A stretch of DNA of 64,000 nt. Origin: Octopus sinensis. Its lineage: Eukaryota. The translations under genes and the position numbers were made by a program. Positions 24,368 through 37,983 of the stretch are shown in pieces. A model generated the notes under the pieces. It saw only the letters and a list, made by a program, of their open reading frames with translations. It was not told where the DNA came from and searched no databases. The stretch is taken from NCBI RefSeq assembly GCF_006345805.1, contig NC_042997.1:200694001-200758000 (forward strand), read 5' to 3'. Positions within the stretch are counted from its first letter, which is position 1. Every line of letters begins with the position of its first letter.

Positions 24368-24720
24368 CATACATACATACACACACACACATACATACAT
24401 CATACATACATACACACACACACATACATACATACATACATACATATATACATAATACATACATACATACATACATACATACACACATACATATATACAT
24501 ACATACATACGTACATTCATACATACATACATACACACATACATACATACATACATACATACACACACATACATACATACATACATACATACATACGTAC
24601 GTACATTCATACATACGTACATTCATACATACATACACACACATACATACATACATACATACATACATACAAACATACATGCATGCATACATACATACAC
24701 ATACATACATACATACATGC
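24287..24720. repeat. (TACA)n microsatellite
   Basis: Direct reading. Confidence 0.95.
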
Positions 24721-24721
24721 A

Positions 24722-24992
24722 TAATACTCTCTCATACACACACACACACACACACCCTTATACATACTATACATACTAATACATACACCAACCCTATACA
24801 TACACACGTCCAGACCTCTCATACGCACTAATACTCTCTCATACACACACACACACACACCCTTATACATACTAATACATACTAATACATACACCAACCT
24901 CTATACATACACACGTCCAGACCTCTCATACGCACTAATACTCTCTCATGCACACACACCACACACACCACACACACACACACACCCTTATG
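24722..24992. repeat. 107-bp minisatellite (2.5 units) built from CA/TACA repeats
   Basis: Units start at 24722, 24829 and 24936. Confidence 0.9.
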
Positions 24993-25152
24993 TTGAGCTG
25001 GTCACTCAACCCTATTATCTCCCTAATTTCGCTCTCGCGTCTCATGTTTGATCTTTGACTTCTGGCCGAAATCAGATCGCCATGTTGGTTCGTTAGTTAC
25101 TGCACGCATTTTTTTTTCTCTCCTTCTTTCTGTGTTTTTTTCTCTCTGTGTA

Positions 25153-25190
25153 TCTTTCTGTTGAAGAGCGTAGGGTCGAAACGTTAAAGA
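25153..25190 (+). ncRNA. minimal hammerhead-like cassette with U6 core (CTGTTGA)
   Basis: TCTTT CTGTTGA A GAGC gtag GGTC GAA ACGT T AAAGA. Confidence 0.45.
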
Positions 25191-26526
25191 CTTGTTTTAT
25201 TTATATTCCTGAGCGCCATACTAATACAATTGTTTGTTTGTTTTCCACCTGCCTTCGTCTTTTGTCTATTTTCATAAAGCTCCCGTTATATATTATGCGC
25301 TCACGTGGTCTCACTTTCATCCTATATTCTACCAATACCACTATCAACACTACCTCTACCTTGGATTTTCTTTACCTCTTGGATACTTACCATTGGCTGC
25401 ACCTCTCTTTCGCGGATCAAAGTGACTTTGTTATTGATGTGAAATCCTTAAAAAATATACCACGACGTCTACACATTTCTAACCTTGAACTCTCAACCTT
25501 GAACTTGTTCGCATAAACTGTCCCGTTTGTTGTATTTTTATTTTCTCATATATTACCACTTTTTTACAATCATTTCATACTTTCCACAGTTTCCTGCATT
25601 TTTGTTCTCCTTTCCGTCTTTCTTCCCTCTCTGGATGTCCATACTCTGTTTCCTCTGCCTGCACCCCCTTTTTTTGCCTCCCCCTCTCTCTGCTTCCCTT
25701 CTTTCTTTCCCTTTTCCGTTTGCCCCGTCTTTTCTGCCCCTATCGCTTACTTATCTAGTTTTTTCATACGATTATTATTTTTTGTTTTTTTGAACGTTTG
25801 TTTTTTCCCCTTTTTTTCGCTATCCTTTTTTATCTATTTTTTTCATACGATAATTTTTTGTTTTTTGTTTTTTTTTGTTTTTTCAAACGTTTGTTTTTTT
25901 TCCGCTATCCCATCATGCCGGATCCTAGGTCCTACCTCCTCACCCTCCATCATCGTTTGAAGAATCATCTCCGTTCCCCCCCGTATACTGCCTTCAGCCG
26001 TCCGTTAATCTCTCTCTACTTCTGTTTAAAAAACCCGCTTCTCTCCATGTCTCTTTCCTAAGCCGCTGCCTACATCACCGACTCATCCCTAAAGGTTCCG
26101 CCTCCACTTCCACCCCGCTCCTCCACTCGGATTCTTCCATCTTACCCATACTCCGCACACATCTTACTTACCGCTTATGCGGGCCACCATTCGCTCCAAT
26201 CTCTCTAAACTACATACCATCAACCGCCTTCTTCCTCCTGCTTTCTCCACATTCTTCTCCCTCTGCCGCCTCTCTATGCTCCAACACGCTACGCTTCATT
26301 ATCCATTTGAATCACCTCTTCCATCATTTCTTTCTGATCCAAACTTCGTAACTTCCATTCCACCCTACCCGACGCACTACCCCAACTCCTCCACTACCCT
26401 TCTCCCCTCCCGATAGGCTCCATCCCCCACACCTAACCCCACTGCCCTCCCCTACAACCCCTTCTCCCCTCCTGATAGCTCCATCCACCTACACCTAACC
26501 CTTCTGTGTTTTTTTCTCTCTGTGTA

Positions 26527-26564
26527 TCTTTCTGTTGAAGAGCGTAGGGTCGAAACGTTAAAGA
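26527..26564 (+). ncRNA. minimal hammerhead-like cassette with U6 core, identical to 25153
   Basis: Same sequence in the second pLTR copy. Confidence 0.45.
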
Positions 26565-26661
26565 CTTGTTTTATTTATATTTCCGAGCGCCATACTAATA
26601 CAATTGTTTGTTTGTTTTTCCACCTGCCTTCGTCTTTTGTCTATTTTCATAAAGCTTCCCG

Positions 26662-26715
<54 letters not shown>

Positions 26716-26799
26716 CAGACGCGTATATATGCATACACACATATATATACACATACACACACAGACATGCATATATATATGCATATATGTACAGACAAG

Positions 26800-26972
26800 T
26801 ATGTGTAGTTAAAAAGTATCCGACCTTTGGTCAAAAAAGTAATATTAAAAAATTCACCATTTTGATTTAGTCTCCTTCAAAGTATTCACTTTGGAAGTCT
26901 ACACACTTCTGCCAGTGTTCTTGCCACAGGCGGAAACATTTCTGGAAATCACTTTTGGGGGGATGCTGTAGC
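26800..26972 (-). mobile_element. mariner transposon 3' end (transposase C-terminus and TIR)
   Basis: Minus translates QLQHPPKSDFQKCFRLWQEHWQKCVDFQSEYFEGD*, followed by TIR-like TGTGTAGTTAAAAAGTATCCGAC. Confidence 0.8.
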
Positions 26973-27363
26973 TGAAAACGCAAATCTTTGCCAGTCGCAC
27001 AGATTCCCGAACGCCTAAATGAAAATATTCAATCAAAATAGTTGAATCATATATATTCATACACATCAACATAAATCATGCATGTACAGGCGTGAAGATT
27101 CTCCAAGAGTATAGAGAATGAAACCAAACATACATAAAAATATAGAAGAAATATGTAACTTCATATGTATTTCTATATATTTTTATATTTCTTCTATATT
27201 TTTATGTATATTTGGTTGTATTCTTTATATTCTTGGAGAATCTTCAAGCCTCTACATGCATGATTTATGTTGATGTGTATAAATATATTATGATTCAACT
27301 ACTTTCGTTGAATGTTTTCATTTATGCGTTCGGGAATCTGACTGCCTAAGATTTGCGTTTTCA
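26973..27363. repeat. fold-back inverted repeat, ~180-bp imperfect arms, 30-bp loop
   Basis: 26973-27154 versus reverse complement of 27185-27363. Confidence 0.9.
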
Positions 27364-27454
27364 ATTTTCTCTACTCTGTATTTTTTCGCATTGGCTCTCT
27401 TTTTGCACTTCGTAAATACATTTTAAAATATACTTAATATTATATATACAATAT

Positions 27455-27618
<164 letters not shown>

Positions 27619-28103
27619 AAATTCTATAATTATGAGTATAATTAGAATTAGGTTTCAGCAAAATTGCTTCACAAACATATCCAATCAACATTACCGAAAT
27701 TAGAAATAGCAGTTAAAACTACTATTCTCTACTATAGATATCTCCCAGACAGCAATACTCAACAACTCACGCAAGTAAAGAGACAAAATAACGAATCTAC
27801 CCGGCTCTGATTATCTGTATAGGCGTTTCAAATTTAAAATTTGAATTACTGTACTGTTGAGGAGAGTGAGTGGGTAGAAATATGATTTTACATTTTCACA
27901 TCTCTCTAACTATGAAACGCGTATACAGTTAATCAGAGCCGGGTGGATTCGTTATTTTGTCTCTTTACCTGCGTGAGTTGTTGAGTATTGCTGTCTGATA
28001 GTAGTAGAATAGTAGTTTTTAACTGCTATTTCTAAATTTAGGCATGTGGTGAAGCAAATTTTGCTGAACCCTAATTACAATTATACACATAATTATAGAA
28101 TTT
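27619..28103. repeat. fold-back inverted repeat, ~200-bp imperfect arms, with hammerhead-like cassette at 27848-27929 (+)
   Basis: 27619-27830 versus reverse complement of 27913-28103; ACTGTA CTGTTGA ... GAA ACGCGT A TACAGT. Confidence 0.85.
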
Positions 28104-29362
28104 TTATATAAGTTTATCGATAATGGTTCTTTTAACATACCGAGCTACTTGGTAAAATTATTACTTATTAATTAATTAATTAATTTTACCCTTTACTATA
28201 TATATATATACAACGGTTGCACACTGGAGGTCGATGTAATCGGCTTAACCCTTCTCCCAAACTAGCCGGCCTTGTGCAAAAGTTTGAAACCAATATTATT
28301 TGTGACCATCCTGGGCCTTCGAAATGCAGGTAGTCTTCTCAGAGTGCTTCACATAGTTTTCGTCTCTACTGCTTCAATCGCGATGCAGGCTTTGGTCAAC
28401 TCAAGTTTGTAGAATGAGAAACTCCGCAGTAGGCGGCATGCAGTTGGATCTGATTGCAAAATGGATTTTTGGCATCACCTATTTATGCTCTCATTCACTC
28501 ACATCCTAAACATAAAGAGAACGATATCCCCAGCCAGCAACGAACCAAATAGTGATTTGAGAAAAGATGGGGACAACTGGTGTCAGTAGACATCACTAAC
28601 GGTTGAATTTATCGAACTGAGATGCAAAGGCATTTAGCACACCAGTCATCCAAGAGAAAAGAAATTAAGGAATAAAAGTATATTTAAATTAAAACAAGAA
28701 AACAAAGAATAAACAAAAAAGGGCTGTACTATAAGCAGCCTTAGAAGAACTGATCAAGAGCCGTCTTTTAAAAGGTATAGATTATCAGGGTCAAGGTCTT
28801 AGAAGTACGAAACGACAATTCGATACTTAATTATATATAATGCTCAATAAAGCAAAAGTGAAGACAATATTATATTTCACAAGGTGGAATTAATTTGTAT
28901 CCTGTGTGTATGATGTGAGTTCAAACGTTTCGGAGAAAGTCATTTGTCAGAGAAAGACGAAATGCTTTACTGATAGTAACATTTATCTTTCTCTGGCGAG
29001 GAGTTCTTCCAGAAGCGCTAATTCCTCCTCTTCCTCATTGCAAATTTATTCATTCCACATTGAGAATTTTGAGTGCTTGCTATATGCTGACGTATGTCAT
29101 AACTTGTGCTCTCAGATTCCACTATCTCATTTGAAAATAATAATATATGCGTACTTTAGCTTTATAAGGTTATAGGTCAGTTACTTAACATGTCATTATA
29201 TGCTAATATACTATTTTAATTTAATATATTCTATCCAGTAATCTCAGACGGTGCAAATTGCTCCTCGCTAGTCTTATGTTTATGAAAACAAATAACTTTA
29301 TGAATGAAAATAAATCACAAATTTGTGATAGATACATGGATGGACAGAAAATTATATATTCA

Positions 29363-29660
<298 letters not shown>

Positions 29661-30639
29661 ACAACCCGTATCACAAATACGGGTTGTTGGGGGTCATGCA
29701 GCAATAGATATTGTCACATACTCTCGCAAACGCGCGCACGCACACAGCTTCCAAATCTTCTTTTATTCCAATCAGTAATGGAAGAACTTATCTTATGTCA
29801 GGCTGTCTACAAAAGCTATAACTGAACCAGAATTTTGGTGGGACGAAAAAGTGACAGCATGAAGCATACCATTTTTATTAGAACCATAGCAGTGTGGTAA
29901 ATGTCACGAAAACCTTTCAGTTTTAAGAATAAACACACAAAAAAAAAAAATTGGAAAATATGAATTCGCTCCTTTTCACCATTATTTCCTTATGTTTCGC
30001 TTCTTTCTTCTTTTTCCTTTAGTTTTTAACGCCTTGTCGCCTTGTAGTCTTGTTTCTTTATAGTCGACTGGAGGCTATTTCAAACAATATATCATTCATT
30101 CATGTGTGTGTGTGTATGTGTGTGTGTGTGTGTGTGTGGTGTGTGTGTGTGTATGTGTTTGTGTATTTCGGCTAAGCAGTGTCTTATTCCTGTATTAAAT
30201 ATAAAAAATAAAATTTTCACGTCGATAAAATATTAACAGTCATAGAACATTAGTTCAAACATTTACAAGTGTTTTAATATGTTTTTTCTTTAAGAAAACC
30301 ATCCACTGTACACTATAATTTACTGAACAGGAATGGGAATTATTTCTCACAGAAGGAATCATCAGTATTCTACAGACAGAGAAGCAGCAAAAATTCTGAC
30401 GTCTCTTCCTCTAATAATTCCTTTAGAGATGTCATATAAGCTTCGTCACAACTCATTTTTAATTTGGTGACAATTCATTTTACGCAAAGGTATACGCGTA
30501 AAGAATCGCCACTGACCGTTCTTCATCTATTTTCGCAAAATAAATCTTCAGTTTTTTTTAATACATATATCGAAAGTGATTGGTGTTCATTATATATGAT
30601 ATTCATTTCTTATAGCCATAAAGCATACACGCATATATT

Positions 30640-30647
30640 ATATATAT

Positions 30648-30700
<53 letters not shown>

Positions 30701-31028
30701 CATACATACTACATATATATATATATATATATATACATATATACATATATTATGTGTATATATATGTGTGTGTATATATATATATATATGATATATATTA
30801 GTATGATATTTATTTCCTTATAGACATACAATATACACGCGTATATATATATACATATATATATACATAGAAAGAGAGAAAGAGAGAGAGAGATAATGCA
30901 TATATATATATATCCAAGTACATACAATCATATATACATTCATATATATATGTGTGTGTATATATATATATGTATATATGTGTGTATATATATATGTGTT
31001 TGTGTGTGTCTGTATGTATGTATGCATG

Positions 31029-31064
<36 letters not shown>

Positions 31065-31108
31065 TGTATGTATGTATGTATGTATGTATGTATGTATGTA
31101 TGTATGTA
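30640..31108. repeat. (AT)n/(GA)n/(TATG)n microsatellite field
   Basis: Direct reading. Confidence 0.9.
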
Positions 31109-31943
31109 GTGTGGAATGAGATGTAACGCCAGAAACGAAGGAAAAATAAATTAATGAAAAATTCGCTTATTCATGCATAAGCACTTCAAAGATATAATAA
31201 AACGATTCTCACGTGTCTTCCCTCGTTTCAATCTCGCTGCAATTACTGCAAAATTCTCATATATTCAGTTAAATTATTTGTAATATTAATCATACACCAT
31301 AAAGCATTAAAACTTCTCTCATATTATCATTTATATTTTTGGGGAAGATTTTCCTAAACAATGAATATGGAAACTATTAAAAGTAGCTGTTAATTAACGA
31401 CATTAATATAACCATGTGTAGAGGAACGCAAGGCAAAATTAGTTTTATTCAAGTGACATGCAATATACAATTGCTAAAATAGCTGAGGTAAATTATTGTA
31501 AGCGATACTGGAAAGAGAACATCTTGCAATAAATGATTTATATCAAGTAAAACATTATATGAGTGAGTGATGCTTAAGCGCAAAGTTATTGCAGTATTCG
31601 TAGATATTTGTCTGAGAGAAATCCTATACGCGCACACATAAAGCTTACATATAAGACAATATATGAATAATTGTGTTATCTGTATTCACAGGCAAATGTA
31701 CAAGCATACATACGTATGCACACGTATGTAATTTAAATTTCAAACATGTAAATATGTAATTATATTATGTGATCATATAATTAGACGTTGATTAGCAATA
31801 GGAAAAACAAAAAACTTTAGGTAACAACAAAATGAAGTTTTAATACTATGAAAGCTTCTACTGAAGTAAAATTATAAATTCTGTATCATGTATTGAATAC
31901 TTTTCCTCACGTTTGTACTTTCACACCCAAACACACACACGCA

Positions 31944-31987
<44 letters not shown>

Positions 31988-32039
31988 ACACACACACACA
32001 CCAACACACACCACACACACCACACACACACACACACAC

Positions 32040-32081
<42 letters not shown>

Positions 32082-32083
32082 TG

Positions 32084-32403
32084 CAGTTTGCGGACTGGGT
32101 CTAAACATTTGGGTTGCCAGGAGACTAAGGGGCTCCACCCGCAGCTACAAGGGTCCACTTGCAACTACAATGCTCTCATTTAATTTCTTTTTTTTTTTTT
32201 TGTTAAAAGTATTCTTTTCAACTGTCTACAAACATAGCCAGGCTGAAATGATTAATGCATTCTTCCAGGAGTGAATTCAAAAATTCTCAAACTTGAGGGG
32301 ATGGGCCCCTTAGATACTAACATGGGCCCCCATATACGGATTCTAATGGCGCAGGAGTCCACTTGCCATCGGGTAAGCTGGCTACCTGGCCAGTTCGCCA
32401 CTG
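32084..32403. mobile_element. hAT-type MITE
   Basis: Imperfect TIRs CAGTTTGCGGACTGG / CCAGTTCGCCACTG; perfect 8-bp TSD CATGTATG at 32076-32083 and 32404-32411. Confidence 0.85.
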
Positions 32404-32864
32404 CATGTATGTATGAAAATTAATGGTTAAAATTTTAATATATAATCTATTCAAATACTAAAAGATAATTTAAAACAGGCAAAAAAAATATGGAATCTAC
32501 TGATAGTACAAAATGCTTGTATATCTTCTTTGCCGAGTGACTGGCTTTGCTACCCTTTGTAAGATATCAAACTTTGCTGTTCAAATATAATTGATTCATA
32601 TTCTCAGGATTATTCCTTATTGTAAGCTCTTTCGTTATGGTTATTGCAATAGAAATTATAGCCAGCACTGATCTTTTGCTACGTTTCGTATCGAGACGTC
32701 AGATATGGTATATATACAGGGTTATTCAAAGAAGAATGAACCGATTTCATTACGCAATATTTTAGTAAAGAAAAGCAATACTACTACTGGTGGTGGTGGT
32801 GTTAGTATTAATAGTAGGAATTCTTGTGGTAGATAATAGGAGCAAAAATAAACTGAGCTGGTCT

Positions 32865-32990
32865 CCAGTGGTTCCCAAAATGGGCGATATTGCCCCCCCC
32901 GGGGGGGGGGGCAATTTTCCAAGGGGACGTTGAAGAAAAGGGGGACGATAATGGGGTAGCTATTCATGTAAAAATTGGGGTGGTAATTGG
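32865..32990 (+). mobile_element. hAT (Charlie-like) terminal fragment
   Basis: CAGTGGTTCCCAAAATGGG terminus followed by ATTG-C8-G11-CAAT palindrome. Confidence 0.5.
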
Positions 32991-33019
32991 GTAGCTGTTC
33001 ATTATTGGCATCATTGCCA

Positions 33020-33144
33020 TCTATTACTACTACCTCTACTACCACCACCAACACCTTCACCTTCACTGCTACTGCTACTATTACTACTACTTCTACTGCT
33101 GCTGTTACTACTACTACTACACTACTACTACTACTACTACTACT

Positions 33145-33205
<61 letters not shown>

Positions 33206-33220
33206 GTAGTAGTAGTAGTA
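33020..33220. repeat. (TAC)n/(TAT)n/(TAG)n compound microsatellite
   Basis: Direct reading. Confidence 0.95.
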
Positions 33221-33711
33221 ATGGGCATGCGAAGTAAAAGCATGTCGCTGCATTCCCCATTCGTTGGTGATTTCGTGCTCCTGGCTGATGACGCCTCTGC
33301 ACCACTCAGACAACCCTCCAACCGATGGGTCTGGTTGGGAAGTCATTAGTGGTGAGGGTCTTACGTCGTTTGGAGTGAAGATCCCACCTCAACATCTTAT
33401 AGTCACCTTTTCCGACATGCAAAAGGGAACGTTTAACCTTTCCTTTAACAAGCCGGTCCCCATACACCGCGGTTATAGTTGCATATTTATTGTACGATTG
33501 CTAATATTGTAAAATTGTAATATCACTTTTTAAAAAATTCCTTAATACTGAGAAAACTAATAAACTTTAAAACACTTTTACAAGAATTTTTTTTTTTGCA
33601 GTTTATATCTCTAATGTCAATTTATGCTGAATATTTTCAACTCTTGCTGTTCGTGTGTAATATTCATAGCACAAATATCTGCTCTATGTTTTTTGCATTT
33701 TTATGTATGCA

Positions 33712-33742
<31 letters not shown>

Positions 33743-34083
33743 GTGTGTGTCTGTATATGTCTATATATCAATACATATTAGATGTCTATGTCTCTCTCTG
33801 TGTATATATATATGTATATATGTGTATATCTATCTATCTATCTATATATATATAATACCACTCAGGTGGTGCTATTAAGTTAGACATGGCCCCAATCAAT
33901 TTTAGTTGAAACATCTAGTTTACATATACATGTATGTGTATATATGTATATATAATATATATATATAAATATAATATATATATATAATATATAATATATA
34001 TAATTATATAATATATATATATATACATATATAATATACATATATATACATATATATATACATATATATATGTATGTTATATA

Positions 34084-34127
<44 letters not shown>

Positions 34128-34179
34128 ATATATGTATGTATATATAAATATATGTATGTGTATATATATATATATATTT

Positions 34180-34866
34180 CTCTCTCTCTCTCTCCTCCCT
34201 TATTCCCCTTCCTTTCTTTCCCTCTCCATCCTATTCGCCCCCCCCCCTTCTACGTTTCTCTATCTCTCTCACCTCCAGCCCCCTCGATCTGTCTCTTTCT
34301 TCTCCTCCCTCGTCCACCTTCTCTCTCTCTTCATCTGTCCCTTTTCCTGTCTTTTGTTCTCACGTGACCGCTAGCCGCTGTTGAGCGCTCTTTCGTTTCA
34401 GCAGTCGCAGAAGCAACACGTATTTGTTCGTCTCCCTGCGGCCATTAGGCACAACTTCACAAGCCAGCCCCACACTCAACTCGTCCTGTCGAAAGACCCT
34501 TGTCCTACGTCCTGGTTTTGTTTTGTTGTTTATTTTTTTATTTTTACGTTATTGTTTTTACGTTTTTGTATTCTTATTGGTGTCACGTATTCTGTATTTT
34601 TGTTCGTGTACTTCGTTCGTTTTCCGTCCTCGTGTTGTATACATTCGAAGCTTTCTTCCAGGGGATCTAATGCGCTTGGCTTAGATTTCCCTTGGCGGCT
34701 GGCCATATCGGAGCAATCTCAAGATAATCAGCCGAAATTGCTAAGATGATCTGGTTCTTGACTGATGACTGAGGGCTTCGAATGTTCCCGTCCTGTGGTT
34801 CTTGTGTCGTCTCTGTGGTGTTTCATGCTTGTCCATGTCTGTAATTATTTTTACTGTTTTTGTACC
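34180..34866 (+). mobile_element. dispersed repeat related to the 700-bp tandem unit (CT-rich leader, T-rich middle, conserved core)
   Basis: 34665-34784 aligns with the minus strand of 8694-8817. Confidence 0.6.
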
Positions 34867-34999
34867 TATATATATATATATACACGTACATATATCATTG
34901 CCCTGTTGTTTTCTTATTTATTCTTTATTCTTCTTCTTGATATTTTCTTATTCCCTTGAGTCTAGTTTCATATGCCTTACATATAAGAGTACATACTTC

Positions 35000-35073
35000 G
35001 TACCTATTCATCTTTATTTCTCTTACATATATTCCTGTTGTATGTAGGAATAGATTTAAGTATATATATAATA

Positions 35074-35112
<39 letters not shown>

Positions 35113-35198
35113 TATATATATATATATCTATATATAATATTAAATCTATTCCTACATACAACAGAAATATATGTAAAAGAAATAAAGATAATAGGTAC
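35000..35198. repeat. 59-60-bp inverted repeat around an (AT)n spacer
   Basis: 35000-35059 versus reverse complement of 35140-35198. Confidence 0.9.
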
Positions 35199-36966
35199 AA
35201 TATATCTAAAACCATGTATGACTGTGCATATGTGTATGTGTTTATGTGTGGGCATGTCTATGTGTAGATATCCTTGAACATTTGTGTTTTTTTCACACCG
35301 TTGAAGCTGATAAATTCGAATGTTTTTTAAAACAGTTTCAGTTGTCACCTTCCTAGACTTTTGCGTATATTGCCCTTATATATATATATATTTATGTGTG
35401 CGTACGTTTTTGTTCAGATGAATAAATATATACTTATATATTTTCGTACAAATGTTCTCTCTTGTTCTACTTTTTATAGTTAAAAAAAGTTTTATTGTTC
35501 CTTGGTGTGTAGTATATAAGCCAGTACAAGTTAAAGCACACACACATATACACACATGTAAATAAGAAAAACAAGCGATAGATAAATATACAGACAGACA
35601 GACAGACAGATAGATAGAAAGATAAATAGACAGATTGACAGATAGATAACAGATAGATAGATAGAATGATATATAACTTTCTATCATCCATCCATCTATC
35701 TATCTAATCTATCCATATCTATCCTATCCATCCTCCATCCATCCATCCATATCCATCTCTATCTTCTATCTATCTATCTATCTATCGATCTATCTATCTA
35801 TCTATCTATTTGTCTATCTGTCTATCTGTCTATCTGTCTATCTATCTATCTGTCTATCTGTCTGTCTATCTATCGCTTGTTCTCTATTTACATGTGTGTA
35901 TGTGTGTGTGTGTGCTTTTACTTGGACTGTCTTATATACTTTTATGTTTTTTTCAATCAATTTTTACTTTTATTATTTTAGTTTCCCTCTTCATGCGTGT
36001 ATTTTCTTCTTCTTTGCTGTTTCTTATTTTCCTGCTATGTAATAATATTTGTGCATCTATTTACTCTTCCATCTACTTCTTTAAACTTCTTGAATTATTT
36101 TACTTTCAGTTTAGTTCAAAACTTTATTTCTCCATTTTCATCTCTGTTACTTTATGTACCCTTTTAGACACGACATAGCCATTCTACTCAAACTGGATGG
36201 AAAAGATGGGACATAAACCCCTTTAAGAACCATGATAGTAGCATTTGTAATTTCTAGAAAATCTACTCATCTGCTATAGAGGCATAAAATGAGGGAGGGA
36301 AGTCATAACAGAAGTATGTATTGAGAAATGTGTAAATGGACTTGGATAGATTACTGGGTGATGTCTTAGAGAAATCCCATTATTGTTGGTGATACAGCAT
36401 TCTATTGCAGCTGTATGGCATGTGTTTGCGACTAAGTGACAGGTGAAGACGATTCACTCTCGGAGCGAAATAGGCTCCCAGCCTCTGAATAATGAATGGT
36501 TATGTGGACCACTCTTAACGAAAGCCAGAGCTTCCTTCGACCACTACATAAAAAGTATTAAGGAAAAATGTTATTTAGGTATACTTTTATTTTAGTTGTT
36601 TACACTATTTTATGCTTGTTTATATTCTTATACATTCAAATTTGACAAATTTCCTTATTTAGATTATGAATCATATTCTTTTCGATAATATCAATTTGAT
36701 TACAAAACTTTTTTGTAGACAATATTTTCTGTTTGGTTGACACTAATTGTCAAATTACTGGGGTCCGTTGCTCTAATCATAGCGACGCATAACCGGCCAT
36801 GTGTAAACATTGAAGTGGGTAAAAATACACCTACACAATCTAAAGTCTGGCCCTGTGCCTTGTTTGCTGTGAATGCGTAAGAAGAATCTTTAGGAATCTG
36901 TCCATTTACGATAAGAAATAAAGGGACAATATCACAAATCTAAACCCTCTAAATTCACGGATTATA

Positions 36967-37197
36967 CTAGGAAGAAATCCAGTGTTAATCCTCGTCACCG
37001 GAATTTTAACAAAAAGAAATCAAAATTGATTTATAAATACAAAATTCAATATCTACTTATTAATCATACTTTTTCACATTATTTTCGCTAAAAACCTTCC
37101 TGATTTCGTAATCCTTAAAACCATCGTGACCATTGATTCAGCCGTTTGACCGTGAAAAGGGAACAGACAGACGGACATAACGTCCATTATATTAAGA
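36967..37197 (-). mobile_element. non-autonomous Helitron-like element
   Basis: Minus: A|TCTTAATATAAT...GTCCGTCTGTCTG 5' end; imperfect hairpin TCCGGTG...CACTGGA, then CTAG|T. Confidence 0.5.
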
Positions 37198-37932
37198 TTC
37201 TTTCTTCAATATCTATTTGGAGTATTTTTCTCTGACGAATCTTAAACTGAATTCTTTTGTAAATTTGTGCACTATATGCAGTGGTGTTTCTAGTTGTTCT
37301 TCAGGGTACTTTCTATGCTGGACCCAGTGTAACATCCAAAGTATGACAGCTGAAGGGAGAGAAGGATGTATCGGTATTTATTTTCAGCTGAGTCGTCTGA
37401 CGCAATGCGAAATGGAGCATAATGTTTAAGGACACGTCCCACCACTCAGTCCAAATATCGAACTGACTCCATTATAATTGAGAGTTCAACGTCCTCACTA
37501 GTAAGCCCTATGCATTCATATGTGCGTCTGTGTCCGTATTATATATATTTTACTTTGGCATAGCGAGACTAATTAACCTGGTGTAGAACTCAATATACGT
37601 ATGGTCCAAAACGATGTTAAATGAGTATAAAGTGGTAATAGGAGTCTGCAAGAGATGCAGACATCAGTGGTAAATGGAAATTCTTTCACAATATTTTCTT
37701 CGCATCGAGTTGCCGAGACTCCCATCGCAACCACAGTGATAAAAATCCAGCTAAGCAGTGATTGACTGTTTTGCTCACAACAATTCTATTATTTACGGAG
37801 ATGTACTTGCATAGCGAGTGACTTGATCTGAGATCGTGTGCTGGAACGAAAACAATTGCAGCGTGGAAGGTGTTTATAAGCCATTTAAGAAACACACAAA
37901 ACCGTTAGATTCACTTCAACATATAAACTTAA

Positions 37933-37983
37933 TTTGTCAAAATATTTTCGTCGCTTTGAGACCGCGGCCTGTTCACTGACAAA
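37933..37983 (-). ncRNA. minimal hammerhead-like cassette with G3:C8-swapped core
   Basis: Minus: TTTGTCA GTGAACA G GCCGC ggtctcaaa GCGAC GAA AATATT T TGACAAA. Confidence 0.5.

Larger units (their letters stand above)
25095..26665 (+). mobile_element. Penelope-like element: pLTR, 5' UTR, frameshifted ORF N-terminus, second pLTR fragment
   Basis: Direct repeats at ~25125-25305 and ~26503-26665; ATG at 25915 (MPDPRSYLL...); HVSFLSRCLHHRLIPKG(F)RLHFHP at 26046-26120 resembles Penelope ORF N-termini. Confidence 0.7.

Noticed and set aside
28960-29120. Possible host exon on minus (EEEEELALLEELLARER)
   Set aside because: In-frame stops on both sides and no consistent splice sites
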